DNA of 63,584 nt, filler included, from Reticulomyxa filosa (Eukaryota; Protista; Foraminifera), in NCBI GenBank assembly GCA_000512085.1. It is 14 parts of 14 records of this genome, joined end to end, with 100 filler letters (N's around TTAATTAATTAA, not from the genome) between each part and the next. Parts side by side here need not be neighbours in the genome. Positions count along the whole stretch, not along the records: positions 38,606 to 52,462 come from ASPP01005579.1; positions 52,563 to 53,996 come from ASPP01007648.1; 12 more parts are not named here. One strand, written 5' to 3'. The position numbers and the translations under genes were made by a program. This document shows, piece after piece, positions 39,714-52,586 of this stretch (positions are counted from its first letter, which is position 1; each line of letters starts with the position of its first letter). Below the pieces are notes generated by a model that worked only from the letters and a program-made list of their open reading frames with translations, had not been told where the DNA came from and ran no database searches.

Positions 39714-42033
39714 TCACGTTTTTATTGGCATGGAAAATTCAGTAATAATTAAGAAATGATCAGATAAACCCCCACGTTTGCCAAATGTGTAATTTTTGAC
39801 ACAAGAAACGGGGAAGTTGACCAAAACATAATCAATGCTCCAATCTCTTCGCTTAAAAGTCGGTTGATACAAATTAATTTTTTTCATATTCAATAAGCTT
39901 TCAACAGGCAAAAAAGTTTTTTTTAAAATGCCTCTTCCGATATCGTGCTGCAACTGATGATCAGGGGGCAATTTCATCGCTTCTTCTAATGATACACTGT
40001 GAGTAGTCTCATCTTCTCGTTTTTTTACCACCAACTTTGTGTTTATATTTCTGTCGACAAAATCACGATTTTGTGACACCGGTATGATTGCATCGCCAAA
40101 AGTTTCTCGTTTTTCGTCGTTTGGATCTTTTTTTTAAAAAATAAAATACGTATATAAACATAAAACAAAATATAATACAATACGCAAATGACCCTAAAAA
40201 AAAATTTACAACAATATAACATGTACCACGAGTATCAGCCATGGGGACATGAATAGCGGGGTGGTAAAGTGGGGTCGAAAAATAAGAGTGAAGTTGCTCT
40301 AATTCGCAATAGGTCTGGAAAGAGCGTAAATTGATGGAACTAACATCGATGACTGAGCTTTGATCGGAGATTGGATGTGAATTGGAGACCATGCACTCTT
40401 TCTTATCATTCATGTGTTTATACTGTTTCATCAGACGAGCCTTTGTCGCCTTTCCATTTGCTGTCATAGAGTGATTATTGCCAGAATTATTTATGCTATT
40501 GGCAGGCGTTGCAGTGATTGCCATGGAACCCAAAGCTTCCGCAGTGATGGCACCAGTGCTCATGCTAGTACTTGTACCTGCATTCCCACCATTGCTGGGG
40601 TTTCTTATGGCATTCTCCGCACTGCTATTATCACTCATCACAACATCAAAGTCGATCGTGTGTGCATTGTCTCCACAAGAATTGGAGTCATAACGCGAAA
40701 ATCCAAGGAGCCTTCATAGTTGGTCCCCAAATTGAAATGGATACGTTTCATCTGTTCCAAGCGGCACATTCGAATGGCATTGCTGCGACAGTCGATATTA
40801 AAATCTCCAGCAATCAGTACATTCTTCACGCCTTTCAATGACCATTCTTCCCTATTTATGAAATTTTTAAGCTGTTCGAGTTGATCTTTTCGCTCTTTGC
40901 CCGTTCCTGCTGACTACACTTGAGAGAACGTGAACAAAGAAGAGATTTCCAAAAAAAATAATTGGGTACCACATGGCAGTAATGCAAAAAAAAAAAGGGT
41001 ATTACAAAACTTGCATATGAGTATTAATAACCAAAAGATTGAAATGGTGAAAATGCGCCCAGAGGATCCCCTTTGCAGCAAGACTATCATCGCAGCGATG
41101 GGATATAAACTGCTCGAAGCCGTGGCCCTGTGGCTTCTTGTTAAAGCACATAAGCAAACCGTTGTCCAGTCCGCAATTCCAAGGCACTTTTGAGTTTTCC
41201 ACTTGGTACGGCAAATACTTACGCAGTTTGCGGCCAAAGTTTTTTTTTGGATTATACGTAAATGGAAAACATTTTAGGATTGGAAGCAATCCAAGTAACA
41301 TTGCTATAAATTGGAAAAGCCAACTTATTATACGACCTAATTATATATGTATGTGTTTGTAAATTAAACCTTACAATGTTTTATGCACGTATAAACACAT
41401 TTATTTTAATTATTAATGTTGTATATACATGTATATACGTATTAAAAAAAAATTGGAAGGTTGTATCGCTCAATAGAACAAAAAGGGGTGCAAAAAAATA
41501 AAGATCTTTACCTATGACTGGACACCACTCAAACCATGATACGCACCACAGAAGAATAGGTGGAAATATACCAGTTTTGAAAGCCCACAGCTCTTGCAGG
41601 TGAAACACAATCAAACCGTCAAATTCTCCCACTGCTGTGCTCTAGCAATCTCTTGAACGTATGAGGCACAACGATAAGGATTCGAAAGTGTTCTCGGACT
41701 GCTAAAAGGCATGCACCATAGATTCCACGTGCACACCTTGAACTTTTTTATTACTTCGCCGTTATTATTGTTATTATTGCTGTTATTATTATTCACACCA
41801 CTGCTGTTGTGGATACTACCCGCTCTATCCAATTTTCCCGTTGGGATCGGTGGAGGGGGATGTAGAGGAGGTGCTGGAGAGCGATCTTTCCGAATTTTGT
41901 TGCTAGCATTGTTCTGGTCTTTGTTTTCTTTGAATACGTTCGTTTCGGGGTACGTTGTAATCACAACATCGTCCGACGAATCTAATATCTTTTCTTTGTG
42001 TAAGGGATTTATATCCCCTCGTCGTTGCTGCAT
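39714..42033 (-). CDS. Endonuclease/exonuclease/phosphatase (EEP) family protein, neutral sphingomyelinase-like (multi-exon)
   Basis: EEP motifs appear in order: VCTWNLWCMP, LQELW, DNGL, LAAKG, INTHMQ, LIAGDFN, IDYVL, LSDH. A 1-nt frameshift at the G-run 41628-41630 is probably a sequencing error. Confidence 0.88.
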
Positions 42034-42716
42034 AGTTAAAGTCACTTTGTTTGGAAATAAGCAACACAAAAGGAGCAGTTTCAAAAAATGACTTTGTTGT
42101 TTTTGTTTTTTGTTAGGGTAATTCTAAATTTTTTTGAGATAAACACCTTAGATGGACCTACTTTATTATTGCAAATTTTTTTGAATTTAATTTTAACGTT
42201 TTCAAACATTAACAATCTAATCATGGTGAAATTAATTTGCAACAAAATTCAAATGTGATTTATTAATAATTACAATTTGGTTGTTTGGATATTCAAGAAG
42301 GAGTTATGAAGGTTTTGGTCATATACTTTTGATGATCAAGCTCGGATTTTAAGAATAAACAAAGGTAATATGACTCTCAATTCAATTTTTGTTACGTGCG
42401 TGTATAAAGTCCAAATTTTCTACACTCTTTTTGCATCACATTTTTTAAAAAATAATGCTGAGTTGAAAAACAAAGGCTAACTTTAATTCAATGAAAACGA
42501 GGTTTCATTGGTTTTCTAAAATGCTACAGAACAATACGTGATATTATTCAGGTGTGTTGCAGGAATGAATTTGCCAGCAAAAAGAAAGTATCCTCAACAC
42601 AGATGCTTCGCACATGCGACAACCAAAATAGAGAAGAAAGAGGAAACCAAAAAAAAGAACAAATAAAAAAGGAGAATAATAAAAGTAAAAATAAAATAAA
42701 AAAGAAAGATTTAGAG

Positions 42717-44905
42717 TCATTTGACAATGGATTGTTTATAAAAAGGAGTAGGAGTAATTTTCAGCAAATCTTTTGATTCAATTGTCCCACCATAAATGGC
42801 AATCCTTCCAAATCCTCCTTGGCGTGATGGAGCATAATTATTCCCGCCAACACATTCAATTTTGCCAGGAACGTGTTTACGGTTTCCAGTGTTGTTAAGA
42901 ATTTTGATTAAAATGGATCCTCCACTTCCTCCACCACCACTAAAATAATCACTTCCATCGAATCCATTGCATTGGATTTTTCCATAATTAATCATATGTT
43001 GAGTGACAATTAATTCAACGATCCCTCCTCCATTCCCTCCACCAGTCCCAACAGTAGTGCCACCTCCTCCACTGCCGCAATAGATCTGTTTCAGGAGTGT
43101 TTCCTCCCCATAGACATCTCCACCTTGTTTTCCAGACCCAAGAGTGCCATATCCACCCCCACATCCGGAAAGGCCATGTCCAATTCCCTTCATCGGTTTG
43201 TATCCCAAGCCATTGCAATGAATAACACAAGTGTCATTGGCAAGTAGCAAATGACTACAGCGAAGTTTCAAATGTCCAATTTCATCGTTTGCATAATCAC
43301 AAGTGATTTCAATATTTTTGCCCAGCAAATAAACCCCATACAAATAATCATTCCACTCTTTATTTTTCATTTCAATCCTCACATTACTTTTTTCAATTAG
43401 CAAATAATCCCTGCCATTTTCCAAGTTTTTCGGCGGAGAAGAGAGTAATTCCTGAAGCATTTGAGGACAAGAGAGTTTGGTTACATCCAACGCGGCCTCT
43501 TTGCCATTGTCCTCCTCATCTTCCTCATTGCCATTATCATTATCATTATGCCAAGTGGTCCCTTTGAAATTGCTACCACCACGTCCATCCTCACTTTTTG
43601 TTTCATCAATTTCATTATCCGTTCCACTTTCGCTGCCAATATATTTGGAGTGTCTCTTTGTGAGCCGTCGTCCCTCCTGCATATATTTGCCCCGGACGTC
43701 GTCATCACTATTCCCACCACTCTCACTTCTCCCTTCCTCCCCTTCCTTCCCACCACTATCTCCATCCAGCAAATCGCTGTCTCTCTCTTCGTCCTCTTCA
43801 GTCTGACTCTTGATCTTATATCGGGGCCAAGTCAGTCCTTGTGTCTGATTGGCATGTGGATTATCCATCTGAATTTCCATAAGCAGTTTTAAAGTGTCTT
43901 TCAGCCTCGCATTTTCAAACTGCAACAGCTCCAGTTGCTGCTGCAGCTTTTTTTTTTGCGCGGCGTATCCAATGTGTCGTCCTTCTGCTTGTTTCTGTAC
44001 AACTGTTGAAACAACATGAAATGCTTCAGGTCGAGCTTTGTCAACGAACGGCTGTTGCGATTGCGATTGCTATCATCGGCTCCATGGAAGTTGCTGAAAT
44101 TGCCTGTGTCGGTCGAATGCGGCGTATGTGCAGAGGACTCTCCATCTGTGGCCAAGTCTTGACTTTGTCTTTTTCCAAGCATATAGGTTTGCAAATGTTC
44201 GATCGTTTGTCTCAATTCCTCAATTCTTTTTTCTTGGTTTTGCAACGTCACCCTCAATTTGAAAATGCTTTGTTGCTTCTGTTGCTGTGGTGAATCGTCT
44301 CTGTCCTGTCTCGGGTTCAACTGCTCCATTTTTAATCTTCTTGCCTCTTTTAGCAACATTTGCAAATGCTGCGCCATGTTGCGCTGGTTGTGATATGCCT
44401 TTTGTGATGCTTCCACTTTTTCGTCACATCCAAACTCTTTGAAGTCACACGTGTTTTGACACAACACACAATCGTTTAACAAGTGCTTCTTCATTTCTTT
44501 TATTCGTCCCTTGAAATTACATGCCACACTCTTGCTTCCACTGCCATAGCTTTGCTGCTGCTGATACTGCTTTGGACATTGAATCATCATCTTTTCCACT
44601 TTTTTTCGAACATTTATACTCTTTTGATACTCACATCTCGAATGGTTATTTATTGGACACTTGCTATTTTTCTCTTGCAAATACTTCTTTAAACATGATT
44701 CTCCAAATATATATACTTCGTCACTGCTCTCGTGCTCTTTGCATGACAACTCCAACGCGTGGTTGGCCAGCTTGTGACAGAGATGACATAAATATTCCTT
44801 GACGCGCTCTTGCTCTGATGCTGAGATATCTGTCAACAAATCTAAATCAAAACATTCTGTTAGGATGTCATCTTCGTCGTCATCATACATTGATGATTCG
44901 GTCAT
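42717..44905 (-). CDS. RING-variant + TRAF-type zinc finger + coiled coil + C-terminal Gly-rich domain protein; a single gene split by a homopolymer indel
   Basis: RING-like YLCHLC..ELSCKEH..FGESCL..CPINNH; TRAF-like CPKQ..CNFKG..HLLNDC..CDFKEFGC..H; C-terminal GGGYG..YCGSGGGG..GGNGGG..GGGGSGGSI..GGFGRI. The two ORFs join if one base is changed in the T10 run at 43948-43957 (KKKLQQQLELLQFENARLK). Confidence 0.8.
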
Positions 44906-46289
44906 TTTTTTTAGTAAGAGTTTTTTTATATTGTCCTTTTTATGGAACGTTCCCCTTCCCGTATCTCTTGTGATTGAAACTTTTTGTAATAAATTCTGAT
45001 AAAATGTCATCAAAGTAAACATTCATTGGAACCGATCAAATAATTAACTAGAAAAAGTAACGAAACAGCTCATGCTGTATAAATATAAGATAAGAGATTA
45101 TCCGTTGATGAAAAATTTCTTGTTGCAGCATACGATCGATCCACTTTGATTTTTCAGTTCCTTTTTCTACACCAACGAAAGTGATATTTTAATAGTCGCA
45201 ACTAAAAAGTATTTTGGAGTTGGCCAAACAGCAACTACAATCTTGTAAGAATAACGTATACACAAAATATTATATTGTGGATAGTTTGTTTGAAAGCAAC
45301 TATGAACTGATTGCAAGTTGTGTGTTCTTTATCCAAATACTATTTTTGTCGAGTGCATACCAAATCCTAGGCCAACAGTAGTTAAAAGCATATATTGAAA
45401 ACACTTAATACATCTGTTCATACCTGCAATCAATGTGTGGCTGATCAATTGCTGTGAGCGACAATCGATGTTGTAGCTTATCCAATTATTAAGTAGATAT
45501 AAGCAAGAAACAAATTCTCAGTAAAAGAAATATGTATGAGAGCTGACCTTATAACTTTTGGGTCTTATTTTATTTACCCATAAAAGAAGTCAAGCAATGA
45601 ATAAGAAAAACTGCAGAGTTACCTAGTTAAAAGAAAACGGAAAAAACGTGACAATCTTACTGAAGTTTGGCACGAGCAGATCTTGGAATTGTGTAGTTAT
45701 CAGATGCAAAAAGTATACAGCTCCAACAGTTTCCCTACAAATAAGTCAATAACAGCCATTGTTAATAATAATCGATGTTTCTATTCATTCGCCTTGACTA
45801 CATGTAAGATAGGATGACCTAGAAATAGTGACGTCCTGCAGATGTGGGGCTCATTTTGTGTCATTTGTAGTAAATCGCTTGGATCATCGCTGGTTTTTTA
45901 TATTATTATTTTTCATTGGAAGATGTTACGTATACTTTGTAATGTAATATTTTTGAAAATGTAACTTGGGCAGTTTTTCAGTCTTAGGTCCGCACCACAT
46001 ATCTCTTTACAAGCCAAACAAAAGTGGGACATCAACAGTTAAGGTGAAAGGGGAGGAGAAGAGAGATACAGAGAAAAAGAAGAGGAGGGGAGAGGGAAAA
46101 TAATCAAAATTCTGTTAGGACTAACCGAAGAGCAAAAATTACGTCAGTGTTTGACTCGCTTTCAAATCGACTGTCAATCTGCATTTTAATTTTTGTGAAA
46201 AAACAAAGTAAACCAAAAAAAAGGCAGAGTAAAACAAAAAAAAATACAAAACAAGAGGATACCACAAACACTAATACGAATGACCAAAT

Positions 46290-48993
46290 TCAGACATGGT
46301 GTGTGTTGCAGTCATCAACGTGAATATTACAAATGTTACGAAGCAATTCCACATATTCGTAATAAATATCGACGACGGTTTTGTTTTCGCGTTGGCGAAC
46401 AGAAGAAGTAGGAGAAGCAGTGGGAGAAGCAGTAGGAGAATCAGTGGGCGTGGTCAATCTTTGGGTATGCAGCTTTTCTTCTCTTTGTTTCAAAATAAGT
46501 AACAGTTGGTGTGGAAGACCGTGAGGAAAATTTAACAAAGATTTTGTCTTCTTATGGAGAGATTTAGCCTTGTTAAGCTGTGCTAAAATTTTGCTGGGTT
46601 TCTTTTTCAATTGCAACCAGTCATGTTCTAGTGCGGCCATCCATTGTTCGCTATTCTCGTAAATGTTGTCCCCATAATGGGTTGTTCCATTGCAGCATAT
46701 ACGTGCCTTCCATCGCGCAGGAGGCTGTCTCGAAGTGCAAAAAATACCTCTGAACTTTCGGTTTTCAATTCGAAAATGTCTGTGAAGAGTTGTTGATGCT
46801 TTGAGTTTCGAGTTTGGTGATACGCTTCCAATGTATTCCGTATTTTTTTTGACCTCTTTGCAACCCTTCAACTTACCGTCAATCGTTTTACTTTTTTTAC
46901 AGCTGTTTTTAGACGGTGCATCGGACGAAATTATGCTCGGGCCATTTTCAAAATCAATTGTCACGCTGTAATAACGAATAAATAAAAGTTCGTCTGGGGG
47001 GACGGGAGCACCAGCCTAATCCAATTCCGCACAATTCACATCACCATTACATACATCAATTGCAACCAATCAAAAAACATACAACCTCATTGTTGTCAAA
47101 GAACAACACAATAGAGAAGAGATCATCAAATGAAAATCGAAGGGATATAAGAAGTTTGAAGAAGAGGAAAAAGGGAAAAAAAGACAGAGATATTCAAACA
47201 TGAAATCTGCTATAATGTCTTAAAAGGTTTATCTTGCCTCTGTAAATATGTAGAGGCTTTTTCAACTCTACAGAGGTGGACTGATCCTTATTTGTATCGC
47301 AAATAGCACAAACCCAACGAAAACCCATGTGTTCAACCACATTGTGACACTCGAATTTATAACCACTCAAAGCTGTATACGAGCACTCTTTGACTTTGCA
47401 ACAATATTTTTTGGTGTCTGGATTTCTTGTTGCTGCCAATCGTTGATCCATTATTGTGTGAACACATTCTTCTCCAAAATTAAAGCAAAGCAATAACGCA
47501 TAAAATTTTGTGTGTATGAATTGTGTGAGCGTGTTTTTTTTTTAAAAAAACAAATAAACAAACAAACTTTGTTTTTCTGGTTCAGACACATGTCGTCGTG
47601 GTTGATTAGGAAACAAAACACTTTTATTGATCTTTGCATTTACAATCCACTCCGATTCAAGCATTTGTGATAAACTTCGCTTTCGACAGTTGTCTTGGCC
47701 AAACTGTTGTTGTTGTGACCGTGCCTGCAATTGTGGTGGTGACAGCGACAATGATTGCAACTGCGGTTGCGACTGCAAGCGTGAACAGTCTTGATCCAAC
47801 AATGTCGTGGAAAGAACAGTACCAGCAACATTTGAAGAGCCTATCAATGCCGAAGGTGATGGACAATTTTGCATTGTCCATGAATTGATTGAATTATCAT
47901 CGTTGTGGAGGACCTGGCTATTGAAAATGTCTTTTTTTTGCTCGAGATAGCCAGGAATTGAGTCGCTGTTGTACATTTCCAGTTCTCCTGCAATAATCAA
48001 TGACAGCTTACAAGATTCGATTCCATGTTTTACCCATTGTGTTAATTTCTCAACCTTATTTAGATTTGTTATTTTTTTTTTTGTTGCTTTTTTTTATTTG
48101 TTTGTTTCATTTCATTTTTGTGCGTTTATTCGATCAGTGAATTTTTTTTGTTGTCAGTGTTTTATCTTTCGTTTTCAGACACAAATACAAACTGTTTCTT
48201 TGGATCCGGTGCCCACGACCAAATAGGCGGCTAGTTCACTCATGGGCACATGCGTTTCAATTTGCAGCTGATTCAAGTTCATTTTTCGAATAAACGTTAT
48301 TTCATAAATACATTCGCTCAATGGTTTCAACTCGTCGTGAAGGTCTACAAGAAAATCACACATTTACGACCATGTCAATTACCGCTTCTCTTGGCTACGA
48401 CAAAGAGTCGCGGATAGAGATTAAAAAAATAAACACAACAGATTGCAACAAGGAAATTGTTTAGGGGCATTAAAAAAAAGGGAAATTAAGAAGACAACAG
48501 AAGAAAAAGAACTTTTGGGACAACACATTTTTATTGAAAGTATACGTCCTCACAGTAAAGATACTTTTTTTTTTGGAGAGACAACAAGTGTTTTGGATGC
48601 AACCAGCTACCTTTCACTTGTCTATTCGTGAATGTTGGTAGTTCAGCAAGATTATCTCCTGTGCATTTGACGTCGCTGTCCCATCTTTGACTAAAATTGT
48701 AAAAGTGACAACGAACAATATCACATGCTTTTTTGCTTAGAATCTTCACACAATACCACTCATTTTGGAAATCCTTCCACTCGTAATTTCCATTTACTTT
48801 CACGTCTGTTATTTCGAGTTCCCATTCCCCCCATTTCCCCCACCCCACATCAATTATTTTTCACACTCACCGCTTACTGGTTACTTTCGTTGGGTTTTTC
48901 CTCTTTTTTTTCGACTCCTTTCAGCATGGAACGCAATGTACAAAAGCAGTGGCTTCACTGCACCTCACCTTCCCAATTCACAAAACGGGACAT
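46290..48993 (-). CDS. Putative chromatin-reading transcription factor: Tudor-knot/chromo-barrel-like + two C2H2-type fingers + AP2 domain (6 predicted exons)
   Basis: Phase-compatible GT..AG joins give MSRFVNWEDVKVNGNYEWKDFQNEWYCVKI..VRCHFYNFSQRWD, then YCCKVKECSY..FECHNVVEH and WVCAIC..NLLRHYSRFH, then RKFRGIF..RWKARI..HYG..YE..AALEHD..LNFP. Confidence 0.65.
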
Positions 48994-50067
48994 AACGTTA
49001 GATTATGAAGATTGGTGTTAGCTTTATAGCATATCTTTGTGAAAAAGTCTCCGGGCTATTTTTTAAAAAAGGAACGTTAGACACCTGTCAGCAGCTAAAG
49101 TTGACTGTTTACCGAACATAAATTCACGTAGTAAGTCAGATTTTTGTGAGTGGATGCTGATACATCTTGTAATCCTTTTTTCAATACTTACACTTAACAA
49201 CATCTTGACAACAACGAGTCGTATGATAAAAAAAAGAAAAGAATGTTGTGTAACAAAGAAGAGACTAGTCGTTGTTATGCGCTAGGGAAGACTTACAGTA
49301 GAGCAACGTTCAAAGGAATCGTAATATCTTTTCTTTTTCAAAACTTCGTTTCACAAACCTCTCATTCTCTTGTTTTGTTCTTTTAACTTCCTTTAATTTG
49401 GCATTTCGCTTTGTCAAGATTTGCAAGAGGGCAACTTTGCTGTCACTCTCAGTGCAGAGGTTAACACTTCTCACAAATCCTCAGTTAGGAAAACACCAAG
49501 TCTATTCACATTATATTCTGCTATTCAAAATTTCAATGAAGCGATCATTAGTTTCATCAAAATCAATCAATGGCCAAACAACTGTCAGATGCTGACAACT
49601 TGCAGACCTTGCGTAATATAAAAATGCACCTTCTCCAGAAAATTTGAACGAAAAACGGAAGTGGTTAAAAAAGAGATTAGAACCAAAACGATAATTATTT
49701 GCCATTATCCTGATCTTGCCTACAAAAGAACCATTTATGACTTAAATTTGGCACACGCTGTTATTCAACTTTTTTTCGTGAAATTGTAAAAAAGTGATTA
49801 TCTTTGTGTTGCAGGGTTTTCTTGAGAAATGGAATAACAATGGCAATATTCTATGAAACTTTTTGGAATGTCTTTATTTGAAGCACTAACTTTAAGATAC
49901 CATGTTCTCCTTTTAATTGTTTTCCAAATGCACACTTATCACCAAGGAAAGCAACGTGTCTTTGAACTTACGATTAAGCAAGTTGGCATTTTTCGGTCAG
50001 TTTGTAAAAGGGGAGAAAAATGAACCGAGCAACCAAATATAAAAACTCGTGTGGTTGATCAATCCAA

Positions 50068-52407
50068 ATGACTTGTATACTTTTTTTGCTTGAATTTTTA
50101 TTTTCAATTGTATTGTCCTTATCAACGACCACATCAACAACAATTACTGGCAATCTCACTTGCACAGATGTTTCAACCTACAAAATTTATTGTTCCAGTT
50201 AAACAATAGCAATATTCTTCAAACAATATAAACAAATCCTCAAAGAGAAATTGCAAACTTGCAATAAAACAAAAACAAAAAAATGAATAAACAACAAACG
50301 CACAATACACAAGGTACTCAGCCATGCATTAATTTAAATATCCAATGTCCTTCTGTTGGATTATTAGCAGGCATAGAACTGCAATGTTTTGGATCTAATG
50401 CATGCACTAACATCAACATCTACAGCAGCAAGAGTACGAGCATATTATGTTCTAACGGCCAAGGGGCATGTAATACAGTAAACTTGTATTGCGGATCATC
50501 TGTAGATGATATTGGGCCAATTACATGCACAAAAGAGTGCCATGGCGAACACTCTTGTCTTAATGGGTTGGTCAGCTGCAATGGTATCACATTATTACCA
50601 TCATCACCAATAACAACAACAATGATAAAAACAATACACAAACTGCAATAATGTGATCCAAAAAAAAAAAAAAACAAAAACAGGTAATGCCACTCAATGC
50701 ACATTAGCATCCAAACATAACACTGCTGTTCGAAATGAAATAATGCATTGTAATAATTCCGCCTGTTGGGTTGATTGTCAACACGGAGATTGTGTAGTTC
50801 AATATACATATACATGCATATGTATATGTACATATATATATTTTTTTTTTTTTTTAAAAATACTCCCCCCCTTCCCTTTTTTGTTTTTCTTCAATCATCT
50901 TACTCTTTGTTTATCGTGTTTGCTCTCAATTTGCTTCGACGAAAAAACAAGAATACCTCACTGCGCTGTGACACAAGACGAAGTAATTGCTTGTGTCGTG
51001 GCCGTTGTCAAGACTCAAATGTTTCAACTTTTTCAGTTGATGTGACCGAACGGACATGCACATAAGTCTTTTTTTTTTTTTAAATGGAGGGAAAAAAAAA
51101 AAGGAAAAAGCGTCGAAAAAACGTATACTTCGTGAACTTCTTTGGTTCTGCTCCCTTTTTCCTCTTTGCTTTTTTTGTTTGTTTGTTTTGTAAACTAATG
51201 TTTTAAAGATTGACAATTGGGAGGAGGGGGGGGTAAATGTTTGTTTGTGCAATAAAAATGAGGAGTAGAATCCATCAGCAATGCCAGAAAAGCATGAAAT
51301 AAAGAGAAACAGTATAATCGAAAGCAAGGAAGAGAAACACGGCAATGGCATACCCATCACGCAGATTGGGTTCCAAGTAACAAAAAACGGCAGGTTGACA
51401 TCGCAAATGATTATTGGTATGAAGGAGTTATATATGCATACACATATACACATATATATATGTACTAAACAACGGACAAACAAACAAATAATCAACCGAA
51501 AAGTCATCGTATTGGGGGCATTTGTTGGGCTTTGCTGTGGGATGCTAGTATGCGCTATTTGTCTACAGCATCAATTTGCAAGACGTGTTGCCACGAATGA
51601 CGGATCTCGCGTATACACGTTTGGGTTGTTTTTTTTTCTTTTGCATCTGTGCTCACTTTAAACAATATGTGTATATGTTTTTGGAGAGTTTTTTTTTTGT
51701 CTTGCAACTAGTACTTATCACATTCCATTGTTATATATGTACATATACATATATGTGTATACATATCAATAACAATGACTAGTCACAGTATGTATTCGTT
51801 TCCAAGTATGACAATGCCAGTTTTGCAAATCTGTGTACAAGATCAGATCGTGCACGTGTATAACGTGTGATCTATGATATTTGTGTGTGTGTTGTGTGTT
51901 GTGAACTGCGAATGAAGAATCAAAACAATAACGCAGTAGAGATATTGTACGACGAGTTTGGACGTCCGGTAGTGATGCGAAAAGTGGTTGGTGGTGGACA
52001 TGGTGGACATGGTGGACATGGAGGCGTGAGCAGGACGGTAATGAGTGGGGATAATATGATAGTAGTGAAAAGTGGAGGACAAGAGGATGGATATTACACG
52101 AACGATGGTTCCCGGAAGTTTGTGGGAACACACATGTTTTCTCCCAAGGACCTGCAGAGTGAATTGAGCTATCGGCAGTCTCCAGATATGAAATTCAAAG
52201 ATAACGAATCGAGTGGAACACGTGGGACCAAACACGGGATGGACAGCAGCGGTGGTGGACGACATATTGCCTTTCAATCACAGACGGTGGCAACAAAAGG
52301 TGCCACGAATGATTTGACGGAAAAAAAAACGTCCACCCGATTTCAAAGTGCCACTTTGACCGGTACTGTTCCGTTGCATGATCCCAACTTTTCGATGACG
52401 TTACAGC

Positions 52408-52441
<34 letters not shown>

Positions 52442-52462
52442 TGTGTTTATGCCTTCACTATC
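50068..52462 (+). CDS. Cys-rich single-pass membrane protein (multi-exon, 3' partial)
   Basis: Signal peptide MTCILFLLEFLFSIVLSLS; repeated C-x-G/x-x-x-C units (QCFGSNAC, LCSNGQGAC, ECHGEHSC); TM segment VIVLGAFVGLCCGMLVCAICL; cytoplasmic GGHGGHGGHGG and poly-Q. Confidence 0.65.
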
Positions 52463-52586
52463 NNNNNNNNNNNNNNNNNNNNNNNNNNNNNNNNNNNNNN
52501 NNNNNNTTAATTAATTAANNNNNNNNNNNNNNNNNNNNNNNNNNNNNNNNNNNNNNNNNNNNCGATTGAGAATTTTTGGGAAAAAT

